Shown here in pieces: positions 22,726 to 32,742 of a stretch of 64,000 bases of DNA. Source of the DNA: Atribacterota bacterium (lineage in GTDB: Bacteria > Atribacterota > Phoenicimicrobiia > Phoenicimicrobiales > Stramentimicrobiaceae); the NCBI GenBank assembly GCA_040767965.1, contig JAXGNR010000009.1, forward strand, positions 32,001 through 96,000, read 5' to 3'. The position numbers and the translations under genes are program-made. How positions within the stretch are numbered: position 1 is the first letter of the stretch; every line of letters starts with the position of its first letter. Under the pieces are notes generated by a model that made no database searches, had not been told where the DNA came from, and saw nothing but the letters and a program-made list of their open reading frames with translations.

Positions 22726-23172
22726 ATGAAAGCAGAATTAATTGCTCCTTGTGGAATGAATTGCAGATTGTGTATAGCCTATCAGTTTATGAAAAAAGAT
22801 TTAAACAAACAGGGATTTCATAAAAAATATTGTCCAGGATGCATACCCAGAGGAAAAAATTGTACCCATATGGGTGACCGCTGCGAACTGCTGAGGAAAG
22901 GAAGTATTCGGTTTTGCTATGATTGTCAGGAATTTCCCTGCAAAAGATTAAAGTCACTGGATAAAAGGTATCGTACAAAATATCATATGAGTATGATAGA
23001 AAATCTTGAATTTATAAGAGACCATAGCTTGGAGAAATTTCTGGAAAAGGAAGAGCATAAGTGGAAATGTCCACAGTGTGGCGAAGTGATATGCTGTCAC
23101 AATGGATTATGTCTAAATTGCGAGTTTGATATATTTCTTCATAATAAAAAATACCGATGGAATGAGAAGTAA
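22726..23172 (+). CDS. DUF3795 Cys-rich protein
   Basis: IAPCGMNC..C, CPGC, FCYDC.EFPC and C-terminal CPQCG. Confidence 0.8.
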   Translation: MKAELIAPCGMNCRLCIAYQFMKKDLNKQGFHKKYCPGCIPRGKNCTHMGDRCELLRKGSIRFCYDCQEFPCKRLKSLDKRYRTKYHMSMIENLEFIRDHSLEKFLEKEEHKWKCPQCGEVICCHNGLCLNCEFDIFLHNKKYRWNEK

Positions 23173-23671
23173 AGGTGCCTTATAGTCTTTCCAAAGGAAT
23201 GCCAGGTATGGATTCTATTGTTGAATCTATTCTAGTTGACCAGCCAGATTTTGATCAATCTGAAAAACTGAAGATAGAAATAGAAAAGAAAGTACTAGAA
23301 TTTATCAATATTATTGCATCTTTCTTAAACAAAATAGATAAACCAGCTAAAGCGTTTAAAGCGTGCCGATATTAATTGATAAAAAATAAGGGATATGTTA
23401 TTATATAAAAAATTTTGAAAAATTTATTGTAAAGATGTAAAAAAATGTATTTATAGTTATTGAATAAAAATTAATTAAAAATCCGGATAAATTGTTACTT
23501 GCAGATTTTTAACTTTGCAATGAATTTTTTATAATAAAAATAAACTAAGCTGAAAAATATTGTTAAAAAATAAAATATAATAGGTTACAATTGAAAAGAT
23601 TCATTGTAACCTATTTTTTTGTGGTTATTTTTACATATTCTGGATTATCATTAAGGAGAGATGGAATAATT

Positions 23672-24931
23672 ATGTTAAGAAAAGAAAAAGCCTTTTTAAT
23701 AGGAGCAAATATAAATAGACAATACCACTTTGATGAGTCAATGAATGAACTTAAGAATTTAGCTCTTGCCTGTAATTACAAAGTGGTTGGACAGGCTGAG
23801 CAGAATTTAAAAGAGATTAATAATACTTTTTATATAGGTTCCGGGAAATTAGAGGAAATAAAATGCTATGCTGATGATGCAGAGGCAGACTTATTAATTT
23901 TTAATAATGAATTATCACCATCTCAGCTTAGAAATCTGGTTAAGGGATTGAAATACAAGATTATGGACAGGACTTCTCTAATATTAGAAATATTTGCCCG
24001 AAGAGCAAAAACAAGAGAAGCCAAACTTCAAGTAGAGCTTGCTAGAATGCAGTATATGCTTCCGAGATTAATAGGACTTAATGAATCTATGGCACAGCAA
24101 ACTGGCGGAGTAGGAACTACCACCAGAGGGGCAGGAGAAAAAGCCTTAGAGTTAGACCGGAGACAACTGGAGAGAAAAATATATGAATTGAATAAGGAAT
24201 TAGAATCAATCAGCAATGAGCGTAAAATACAGCGAAAAAAAAGAAATAAAAGTAAATTGCCTACAGTTGCCCTGGTAGGTTATACTAATTCAGGAAAGTC
24301 TACCTTGATGAATACCTTGCTAGATTTAGCCAGAAAACCTTCAACTCAAAAAGTTCTGGAAAAAGATATGCTGTTTGCTACTCTTGATACTTCTGTAAGA
24401 AAGATATCTTTACCAGGTAGCAGGGATTTCCTGTTGTCAGATACGGTAGGTTTTGTTAATAATCTGCCACACAGCCTGGTTAAAGCTTTCCGTTCAACAT
24501 TGGAGGAAGTAGTAACCGCAGATGTCCTGCTTCACATTGTTGATGTTTCAGATCCTGACTATGAACAGCAGGTTAAAGTTACTGATAAGACCTTACAGGA
24601 AATTGGAGCTGAAAATACTCCTGTGATATATGTTTTTAATAAAATCGATTTAAACCCTGATTATAACACCCATATGAATGTTAATAATAAAGTATTTATC
24701 TCTGCCAGAGGGAAAATCGGACTGGAATATTTACTGGATCGGATTAACAGAGAATTGTTTAAAGAATATATTGAATGCCAGATGTTTATTCCTTATAATC
24801 AGGGTAATTTATTGTCTTATTTAAATGAAAATACTTTCATAAAATCAGCAGTTCATGAAAATAAAGGTACTTTATTAAGTTTAGAATGCAGAGAAAGCGA
24901 TTACAATCGATTAAAGCAATTTATCTGTTAG
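23672..24931 (+). CDS. hflX: GTPase HflX (possibly HflXr-like paralog)
   Basis: LSPSQLRN, DRT.LILEIF..RA, GYTNSGKST, LFATLD, DTVGF and NKID. Confidence 0.93.
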   Translation: MLRKEKAFLIGANINRQYHFDESMNELKNLALACNYKVVGQAEQNLKEINNTFYIGSGKLEEIKCYADDAEADLLIFNNELSPSQLRNLVKGLKYKIMDRTSLILEIFARRAKTREAKLQVELARMQYMLPRLIGLNESMAQQTGGVGTTTRGAGEKALELDRRQLERKIYELNKELESISNERKIQRKKRNKSKLPTVALVGYTNSGKSTLMNTLLDLARKPSTQKVLEKDMLFATLDTSVRKISLPGSRDFLLSDTVGFVNNLPHSLVKAFRSTLEEVVTADVLLHIVDVSDPDYEQQVKVTDKTLQEIGAENTPVIYVFNKIDLNPDYNTHMNVNNKVFISARGKIGLEYLLDRINRELFKEYIECQMFIPYNQGNLLSYLNENTFIKSAVHENKGTLLSLECRESDYNRLKQFIC

Positions 24932-24975
24932 TTTTTCTTAATAGAATAAGTTAAGAGTTAGTATTGAGAGAAAAA

Positions 24976-25506
24976 ATGGAATATTCTATAGCTAAAATTC
25001 AAGCTCATGATTGGGAACAAATCAGAGAAATTTATTTAGAAGGCATAAAAACTGGTAATGCCACCTTTGAAAATACAGCTCCCAGCTGGGAAGACTGGCA
25101 TGCTAATCATGTAAAATCATGTCGGCTGGCAGCTAAGAACGGACAAGAAATTTATGGTTGGGCAGCCTTAAGTCCTTTTTCCAAAAGAAGTGTTTATTCA
25201 GGAGTAGCAGAAATAAGTATTTATATTAGAAAAAATCTGCAGAGAAAAGGAATCGGGAAAGCTTTACTAAAAGAGCTGATAAAAAAGTCTGAAGAAAGTG
25301 GATTCTGGACTTTACAGGCTAGTATTTTCCCTGAGAATAAATCCAGTATAATACTTCATGAAAAATGTGGATTTAGAGTGGTTGGCACCAGAGAAAAGAT
25401 TGGGAAGATGAATAATGGCTTATGGAGAGATGTTGTTTTAATGGAAAGAAGAAGCAGGCAAAAAGAGGTCAGTAGTATAGGTGAAAATATATGTCTAAAA
25501 TTATAA
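24976..25506 (+). CDS. GNAT N-acetyltransferase (Pat/YncA-like)
   Basis: ATFE, S.RSVY.GV.E.SIY, ENKSS..LHEKCGF.VVG and WRDV..MERR. Confidence 0.85.
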   Translation: MEYSIAKIQAHDWEQIREIYLEGIKTGNATFENTAPSWEDWHANHVKSCRLAAKNGQEIYGWAALSPFSKRSVYSGVAEISIYIRKNLQRKGIGKALLKELIKKSEESGFWTLQASIFPENKSSIILHEKCGFRVVGTREKIGKMNNGLWRDVVLMERRSRQKEVSSIGENICLKL

Positions 25507-26030
25507 ATCAAAACAAATTCTTTACCCTTACTTTAATTGTTATTTTATTAGTAACTTTGACAGGTTGTGGTTCGGTTGAAAAAGAACCTCAAACAAACAC
25601 AACCGATACCGGGATTTCTCTAAATGAGAATGAGCTGAACAACAATGAAGAAAACAAGTAATCTGATATTAATATTAATCACGTAGCAGTTATTAAAGGA
25701 TCAAGTTACACCTCTAAAGAAGAAGTAGCTGTTTATCTGCATATATTCAAAATTCTTCCTCCCAACTATGTTACTAAAAGAGAGGCACAGGATCTGGGCT
25801 GGGATAATTCGAAAGGTAATTTGTGGGATGTCACTAACCGTAAATCTATTGGTGGTGATAGATTTTATAACAGGGAAGGGATTTTACCGGCCAAAGATGG
25901 ACGTCTATATTATGAATGTGATATTAACTATTCGGGAGGATATCGTGGAGCCGAGCGCATTGTTTATTCTAATGACGGACTAATTTATTATACCGGTGAT
26001 CATTATAACAGTTTTGAAAGACTATATTAG
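25491..26030 (+). pseudogene. Barnase-family ribonuclease lipoprotein interrupted by an in-frame TAA at 25659-25661
   Basis: Single frame: signal/lipobox LTGC, stop at codon 57, then LPPNYVTK.EA...GW...GNL...SIGGD.F.NREG.LP...YECDINY..G.RG..RIVYSNDGLIYYT.DHY. Confidence 0.85.
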
Positions 26031-26038
26031 GAGAATAA

Positions 26039-26326
26039 ATGAAAGAAATTTGGTTAAATGGCGCAAAAATGACAGACCGGGAAAGCACGCATGCCTATCT
26101 TAAAAGAAAATTATCTTTACCTGATTACTATGGTAATAATTTAGATGCTCTCTGGGATTGCCTTTCTACTGATTTCTCACCAAAAAAAATAATTATATTT
26201 AATACAGAAAAATTAAGAGAAAACCTGGGTTCTTATGGGGAATTACTCATAAATCTTTTACGTGAAATAGCCCGGGATAATGAGTTTATAAAGCTGATGG
26301 TTTATTTGCCATTTTCTAAACTGTGA
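26039..26326 (+). CDS. Barstar family ribonuclease inhibitor
   Basis: LPDYYGNNLDALWDCL signature; adjacent to the barnase gene. Confidence 0.92.
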   Translation: MKEIWLNGAKMTDRESTHAYLKRKLSLPDYYGNNLDALWDCLSTDFSPKKIIIFNTEKLRENLGSYGELLINLLREIARDNEFIKLMVYLPFSKL

Positions 26327-26348
26327 AATAAATAAGGAGGGAATTAAA

Positions 26349-27425
26349 GTGGCTTCTAAAAAAAGAGCAGGTTTATTTTTAGCAGTTATTATAATAATGT
26401 TTTTTTTAATATCTTTCTTGGGAATTTCAGCAACTGAAAGTAAAGGACAACTTGCCGCAGTACAAATGAAGCTGAGAATTGAAGATTTTTACTCACAACA
26501 GGACTTCACAAAAAAAATAGAAAGTCTGCTAGGAGAAGTGGCTGCTAAAACAAATCCTGATTTTCCTACCCTTGTTGTTTTCCCGGAAGATATCGGTTTA
26601 ATGCTAATTGCCCAGGATAATCAGCAAACTTTAAGTGCAGTACATACAATCGAAGAAGCTATCAAGAAAATGACTATGAAACATCTTCTACCACTTGTCT
26701 GGTTTAGATTAAGATATAATCTTTCCTGGGTACCAGCCTTGTATTATTATAAAAATAAAGAAATTGCCCAAACCTATTTTGAAACTTTCAGCAGTTTATC
26801 TAACAAATACCGGATGTATATAGTTGCTGGTTCTGTTTTACTGCCTCATTACGAAATAAGTAATGGTGAAGTGCTTTACCAGGAAGGCCCCTTAAGTCCG
26901 AAAATATATAATACTTCATATCTTTTTAATCCTGAAGGGAAGGTTGTTGGTTTTCAGGATAAAGTACATCTGCTGGAATTGGAACAGGAAGGTGGTCTAC
27001 ATCTGACTGCGGGAAATTTAGATGATATCAAAGTATTTGATACTGCAATAGGCAAAATAGGAATAGCAGTTTGTCTGGATAGCTTTAAAGAAGATGTTAT
27101 AAATGAACTAAGAGAAAAGGAAGCAGAAATACTTATTCAGCCTTCAGCCAATCCGGTTCTCTGGGAAAAATGGCAACAGGTAGAATGGATGGAAAGTAGT
27201 TATAAATTTACTCATGAATTGCGCTATTTTCAATATGCAGTAAATCCTATGATGAATGGAGATTTTTTTGACCTTAGCTTTTATGGACAGTCAAGCATCA
27301 TAAACAGGGAAAATACAGGTAATTTAAAAAACTACTTTGATTTATCGCCACAGGATGGATTCCTGGCAATAAGTGATTCTGCTGACCTGGAAGAAATATT
27401 GGTAGTAGAAATTGAATTACCATAA
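26349..27425 (+). CDS. Exported or membrane-anchored carbon-nitrogen hydrolase
   Basis: N-terminal hydrophobic segment; VFPED, DKVHL and VCLD triad. Confidence 0.8.
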   Translation: MASKKRAGLFLAVIIIMFFLISFLGISATESKGQLAAVQMKLRIEDFYSQQDFTKKIESLLGEVAAKTNPDFPTLVVFPEDIGLMLIAQDNQQTLSAVHTIEEAIKKMTMKHLLPLVWFRLRYNLSWVPALYYYKNKEIAQTYFETFSSLSNKYRMYIVAGSVLLPHYEISNGEVLYQEGPLSPKIYNTSYLFNPEGKVVGFQDKVHLLELEQEGGLHLTAGNLDDIKVFDTAIGKIGIAVCLDSFKEDVINELREKEAEILIQPSANPVLWEKWQQVEWMESSYKFTHELRYFQYAVNPMMNGDFFDLSFYGQSSIINRENTGNLKNYFDLSPQDGFLAISDSADLEEILVVEIELP

Positions 27426-27478
27426 AAAAAAGAAAAATAGCATCGTGATAGTATAAAGCATTAATGGAGATATAAAAA

Positions 27479-28723
27479 ATGGAATTAAAGATTGAAGGCA
27501 TCAGTCATAATGGAGAAGGAGTAGATAGAAATAAAGGGAAAGTATTTTTTGTACCTTATGCTGTTCCTGGAGAAATTGTTCAGGTTGATATTGTAGAAGA
27601 AAAGAAAAAATACTCCCGGGCGGTTTTAAGAGAAGTTATAAAGCAATCACCTCACCGTACAGAACCAAAGTGTCCTTATTACTATCAATGTGGTGGATGT
27701 TCCTATCAGCATGTGGAATATGAACAACAACTACTGTTAAAGAAAAATATTACTGAAGAAACAGTAAAGAGAATAGGTGGAATATCGGTAAAAAATTTAA
27801 ATACTATAGGAGTGCAAAACCCCTGGAATTACAGAAACAAGGTTGTCTGGCATATCAACAAAAGCCCGGGGAACATAAAAATGGGTTTTTACAGATATCA
27901 GAGCAGGCAATTAATTTCAATAGATAGTTGTCCTTTACTTTTACCAAAATTAAACCAGATTAGTGCTCTAGTTAAAAATTTGCTTCCAGGTATCAATCCG
28001 GGAGAAATTAGCTCAATTATGCTACGCCAGTCTTATAATACTAACCAGGTAATTCTTGAATTTGTTAACTGCAATCCGGATAAAAAAACAGAAAAGATCC
28101 TTTCTCAGGAGATTGATGTAATCTATGAGAAAAAAGATGGACAAATAAAACTTCTTACCGGTTCGGGATCAATAAAAGAGAAAGCGGGAAATTATTATTT
28201 TTTACTATATTCAGAGTATTTTTTTCAAGTAAAACCTCTGCAGTTTAGTCCAATAATCAATGCAGTTGTCGAGTATTTGCATCTTAATAAACAAAATAAT
28301 GTACTTGATACTTATTGTGGTGCAGGAATGTTTGCCTTGAATGTTTCTGAAAAAGCATTTTCAGTAGTTGGCATAGATTCCAGCGTTTCAGCAATTAAAA
28401 ATGCCAGAAAGAATGCAGAGTTGAATGATATCAAAAATTGTCAGTTTATTACCGGTTTTTGCGAATCTGTTTTGCCCAGGACAGAAAGTTCTTTTGACAG
28501 AGTAATCATTGATCCGCCTCGAACCGGTCTTAAACCAGAAGTAATCAATTCTATAGTTAATATTTCTCCAGAAAGGATTGTCTATGTATCCTGTAATCCT
28601 GCAACCCTGGCCAGAGATCTAAAACAGTTTCTTCTAAATCAATATCAGATACTTTCTATCCAACCTGTAGATATGTTCCCCCAAACAAGCCACATTGAAA
28701 ATATTGCTGTACTGATAAGGTGA
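27479..28723 (+). CDS. rlmD: 23S rRNA m5U1939 methyltransferase RlmD
   Basis: TRAM domain, CP...CGGC Fe-S motif, YCGAG, DPPR, YVSCNPATLARD and DMFPQT.H.E. Confidence 0.92.
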   Translation: MELKIEGISHNGEGVDRNKGKVFFVPYAVPGEIVQVDIVEEKKKYSRAVLREVIKQSPHRTEPKCPYYYQCGGCSYQHVEYEQQLLLKKNITEETVKRIGGISVKNLNTIGVQNPWNYRNKVVWHINKSPGNIKMGFYRYQSRQLISIDSCPLLLPKLNQISALVKNLLPGINPGEISSIMLRQSYNTNQVILEFVNCNPDKKTEKILSQEIDVIYEKKDGQIKLLTGSGSIKEKAGNYYFLLYSEYFFQVKPLQFSPIINAVVEYLHLNKQNNVLDTYCGAGMFALNVSEKAFSVVGIDSSVSAIKNARKNAELNDIKNCQFITGFCESVLPRTESSFDRVIIDPPRTGLKPEVINSIVNISPERIVYVSCNPATLARDLKQFLLNQYQILSIQPVDMFPQTSHIENIAVLIR

Positions 28724-28816
28724 TAAAATTTAAATATTTATCATAAGGACAGAGTCTTTGATTGATAGATCTCAGTAAGATATAATTATAAATAATCTTT
28801 TAAGGATGGAAACATT

Positions 28817-29344
28817 ATGTCAGATAATTATACTAATCAGGCATTATTAGTAGTTGATATGCAGAAAGAAGGCCTTTCGAAAAGAAATGTTTTTAATAAA
28901 CAGGAATTAATTAATAATGTAAATAATCTTATAAGTATTTTTCGTAAAAAGAATAAACCTCTATTTTTTATCAGGCATAATAATGATTCTTATTTGAAGG
29001 AAAATACCGAAGGTTGGCAGTTTAGCGAAGAGTTGGATTTATTCGAAAATGATATAATTATTGACAAAAGAAATATTAATGCCTTTAGAGAGCCAAAACT
29101 TTTGTCTTTACTTGAGGAAAGCAAAATAACAGAAGTTGTTATAATAGGACTAATTTCTAATATGTGTGTCAGGGCAACATCTCTTGGCGGACTGGAATCA
29201 GGCTTTTCAGTTTTGCTTATCAGTGATGGCCACAGTACCTTTTATAAAGATGCCGAAAAGATTATCTCAGAATGCAATTTGCAACTGGCAAAACAAGGGG
29301 CTAAAGTAATTTCTACAGAAGAATTTATCAAAAAATATATTTAA
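28817..29344 (+). CDS. Isochorismatase/cysteine hydrolase family protein
   Basis: ALLVVDMQ, K...NAF and CVRAT. Confidence 0.85.
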   Translation: MSDNYTNQALLVVDMQKEGLSKRNVFNKQELINNVNNLISIFRKKNKPLFFIRHNNDSYLKENTEGWQFSEELDLFENDIIIDKRNINAFREPKLLSLLEESKITEVVIIGLISNMCVRATSLGGLESGFSVLLISDGHSTFYKDAEKIISECNLQLAKQGAKVISTEEFIKKYI

Positions 29345-29375
29345 TCTGTTAGGGTAGTATACAAATATACAAAAT

Positions 29376-29409
29376 AAAATAAGGGCTGTTAATAACAGCC
29401 CTTATTTTT
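29376..29409. terminator. Bidirectional intrinsic terminator between convergent genes
   Basis: aaaataagggctgtt-aat-aacagcccttatttt. Confidence 0.85.
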
Positions 29410-29428
29410 ATATGATGTGTGTGATTTT

Positions 29429-30634
29429 TTATTCTGCCATTAAGTCTAAAGTTTTTATTACTCTATGGTTGGCATTTTCAATTTTAACTATAGTCATAGA
29501 ATGGGACAGGTCATTTATTTCATCACAAGTATATGGTTTACAAGTGTCTTCAGTGAAATTCTTCACTTCTTTTAAGGCATCTCTTATGGCTATTCTGGCA
29601 TCTTTTACAGGCATAATCATCTTTTTCCCGTCGATTTCCTGAACGACTCCAGCTCTTTCGATGGCATCAGCCAGGATAATCATTGCATCATACATCCAGG
29701 TAGAAGCACTGACTCTATAGCCGAACCCATCATTTAATTTTTTATCTACGTATTGGACTACCGGGTTGGGGTCTGCAGGAGACATATCAATTACTGAATA
29801 GATTCCTTCAGCATCATCACCAGCAATTTTTACAGTTATATCCAAACTTCCGTAAGATGCACTTCCGACAAAGTCTACATCAAGACCTAATTGTTTTACT
29901 TGTCTTAAGATTATACCGTCATCTTCAGCATTTGCACTCCAGGAGAATATACATTCAGCGCCACTTTGTTTGATAGCTAAAAGCTGAGCAGTATAATCTA
30001 AAGTACCTCTTTGAAATCTTTGTACGGTTAGTGGTTCTACTCCATATTCCTTCAAAGCTTTTATTGTTTCTTCATTTCCGCCCTGGCCAAAAGCTTCATC
30101 ACTATGAATACTAGCGACTTTAGTGTGTCCAAGATCTTCTACTATATATTTTGCCATAATATTTGCCACATTTCTATCATTAGTTCTAAAACCAAACATC
30201 CATGGATTGCCAAGTTCCCTCACGGACCATGCAGAACCACCAAAAAGAGCAGGCATTTCTGCTTCAGCTATCAAAGGGTTAAGGGCATGGTTAATGGTAC
30301 TTTTTACCGTTATAAAGCAGGCAATTACATCGTGATCATATGCTAAAATGTTTGTAGAAGCAATAGCTCCCGGGTTAGTACCCTGGTTATCTTCATAAAC
30401 TATTTTGACTGGAATTCCGTTAATTCCGCCATTTTCATTGATTTTTTCAACAGCTATTTGCCAGTTTCTTAGTTCGACATCACCTTCTAAAGCTGTAAGC
30501 CCGGTGATCATCATAGATCCACCGATTTCAATGAATTCTGGTGCTGGTTGCCAATTGATCTCAGCGGTTGATGTGTTGAAAAATACTAGGGTGATTGAAA
30601 GTATAAGAAATAGACCAAAAATAAATTTCTTCAT
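29429..30634 (-). CDS. Orphan LivJ/LivK-type ABC substrate-binding protein
   Basis: Signal peptide; IG...ITG..A, INENGGING, EDNQG and DYTAQL..IK. Confidence 0.85.
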   Translation of the reverse strand: MKKFIFGLFLILSITLVFFNTSTAEINWQPAPEFIEIGGSMMITGLTALEGDVELRNWQIAVEKINENGGINGIPVKIVYEDNQGTNPGAIASTNILAYDHDVIACFITVKSTINHALNPLIAEAEMPALFGGSAWSVRELGNPWMFGFRTNDRNVANIMAKYIVEDLGHTKVASIHSDEAFGQGGNEETIKALKEYGVEPLTVQRFQRGTLDYTAQLLAIKQSGAECIFSWSANAEDDGIILRQVKQLGLDVDFVGSASYGSLDITVKIAGDDAEGIYSVIDMSPADPNPVVQYVDKKLNDGFGYRVSASTWMYDAMIILADAIERAGVVQEIDGKKMIMPVKDARIAIRDALKEVKNFTEDTCKPYTCDEINDLSHSMTIVKIENANHRVIKTLDLMAE

Positions 30635-31129
30635 TATATTCTCCTTTTAATGTTTACAATTTTAATACTCATTCTTAGAAGATTTTTTGTCTATACAATC
30701 ACCTCCTTAATACTTTACTTTTAGCAGCAATTTTGAGTTGTTTTAAATCTGCTTATGATAATAAAAATATAAAGGTGGTACGACGTAGTGTTGTGATTGT
30801 AGCTCAAGTGAAGTTTACATAGGTTATTTAAATATATATTCATTTTAGTACATGTTATCGAAAATATCAAGAAAATTTATTTTACAGAAAAAGGAAAAAT
30901 ATTGAAAAAATTATTAAAATATGAAATAATCAAATAAATAATTATTCTAATGCAATGAATTCACAAGAAATAAAATGGTTAAATAAAAAGTTAAAAGGGG
31001 GTGATTTTTATAGTAATTTTAATGTCCATTTGAATAATTAATGGACTTTTAAGAAGCTGCTTGAATGTGCATTGTTGTTTAATTAGAAATTCCAGAGATT
31101 CTAATTAAATTTTAATAAGGAGGTTAACA

Positions 31130-32173
31130 ATGTTATCAATAAGAAAGCAGCAATTTTTAATTTTTGTAATGTTGGTTGTTTCGGTAGTTATTTTTTCTTT
31201 CTCCGTTTCCGCACAAGAAAAGATCATTTGGAGATCTTCAAGTTTTGGTCCTGCATCCAATTATTCTCAAATCCATCACGATAAATGTTGTGAAGCAATT
31301 ACTCAAGCAAGTGGTGGAAGAATGGAAGTAAAAGCATTTGTTGGTGGCTCTATTATTCCAGAAACAAAAGAACTAGATGCTGTAATTGAAGGTGTAATCG
31401 ATTTATGTTACACCTGCCCGATGTATAATTTAGACAAATGGCCAGCAGCTGGTTTAATTAGTTCACGACCAGGTGGGTTACCAGGTCAATACCTAATACA
31501 ATGGTTTGATTATGGTGGCGGGTATGAACTAATGAACAAAATGATGGAAGGATACAATGTTATGGTCATGCCAGGATTCTTGTCCCCTGAACCACCAGAA
31601 GTTTTCCTCCATTCAAAGAAAAAAATTGAAACACCTGATGATTTAAAAGGATTGAAAGTACGTACATCTGGTGATGGTGGAGAAATTCTTGCCAGAATGG
31701 GTGTTTCAACTATATTTTTACCTGGAGGTGAACTATACGAAGCAATGCAGAGAGGTACTATAGATGCTTTTGAATATGCTGGTTTATCAACCAATTGGAG
31801 TATGCATTTTGATGAAATTGCCGAGTATGTAATTTTGTCACCATTAAGAGCACCCAGCGATCCTCATGTCTGGTTTGTTAATAAGGATTCCTGGGAAGCA
31901 CTTCCTGATGATCTAAAAGTGTTAGTTCAGAATGTAATAGCAAGATGGACTCAGGAACAGCAGAATTTTGAAAGCCATTATGATATTGAAGCACTGCAAA
32001 ATTTTAAGGATGCTGGATGTGTAGTATATAACTTACCCAAAGAAGTAGAAGATGCACTTTCAAAAGAAGCTCAGGAATTTTATACTGAAAAAGCTGCTAA
32101 AGAGAGTCCCATATTTGGAGAAATTCTGGATTCTATGAATAATTATGGTAAATTATCTGGACTTTGGGAATAA
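31130..32173 (+). CDS. dctP: TRAP DctP (TakP-like)
   Basis: SGGRMEV, DLKGLKVR and LPGGELYEAMQRGTIDAFEY. Confidence 0.9.
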   Translation: MLSIRKQQFLIFVMLVVSVVIFSFSVSAQEKIIWRSSSFGPASNYSQIHHDKCCEAITQASGGRMEVKAFVGGSIIPETKELDAVIEGVIDLCYTCPMYNLDKWPAAGLISSRPGGLPGQYLIQWFDYGGGYELMNKMMEGYNVMVMPGFLSPEPPEVFLHSKKKIETPDDLKGLKVRTSGDGGEILARMGVSTIFLPGGELYEAMQRGTIDAFEYAGLSTNWSMHFDEIAEYVILSPLRAPSDPHVWFVNKDSWEALPDDLKVLVQNVIARWTQEQQNFESHYDIEALQNFKDAGCVVYNLPKEVEDALSKEAQEFYTEKAAKESPIFGEILDSMNNYGKLSGLWE

Positions 32174-32223
32174 ATTTCAAATAATTTTAATGTACTATGA
32201 ATAATCACAGGGAGTTAACAAGT

Positions 32224-32742
32224 ATGATAACTTTAAAAAAAATAGTTAGAGTTATTGATACATTCAGTAAATATGCCGGCTTATCTGCAAGATGGCTTGC
32301 TTGGCTCCTTGTCTTAGTAGGCGCATATGACACAATCATGAGGCATTTTTTTAATGCGCCTACTATTTGGGCATATGAAACTATGTGTATGGCTGGTGGG
32401 GCTCTTTATGCTCTTGGATGGTCTTACTGCCATTTATATGATTCTCATGTTAGAGTAGATTTATTATACCGCCTGCTTCCTGACAGAAAAAAAGCTTTGA
32501 TGGATGTGATAAGTTCTTTAGTATTTTTTTTCCCCTTAATGATAGTACTTGTGCAGGTTTCTACCAAATGGGCAATGAGAGCATGGAGAATCAATGAGAT
32601 TATGATTTCAACTTATTGGTATCCCCCAGCCGGTCCTTTTAGGACAGTGGTTGCTATAGGATCTGTTTTGTTGCTCCTACAAGGTATAGCTAAGCTAATT
32701 CGTGACCTATATTTTGTAATAAGGGGTGAGCCATTTGATTGA
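32224..32742 (+). CDS. dctQ: TRAP DctQ
   Basis: RHFFNAPTIWAYE and HVRVD. Confidence 0.9.
   Translation: MITLKKIVRVIDTFSKYAGLSARWLAWLLVLVGAYDTIMRHFFNAPTIWAYETMCMAGGALYALGWSYCHLYDSHVRVDLLYRLLPDRKKALMDVISSLVFFFPLMIVLVQVSTKWAMRAWRINEIMISTYWYPPAGPFRTVVAIGSVLLLLQGIAKLIRDLYFVIRGEPFD

Noticed and set aside
23175-23375. 66-aa ORF after DUF3795
   Set aside because: GTG start with no recognisable family; possibly a gene remnant but unsupported
30775-30790. FadR/GntR-like operator (tggtacgac) between the divergent binding-protein genes
   Set aside because: Only a partial palindrome, single copy, and no regulator gene in the window
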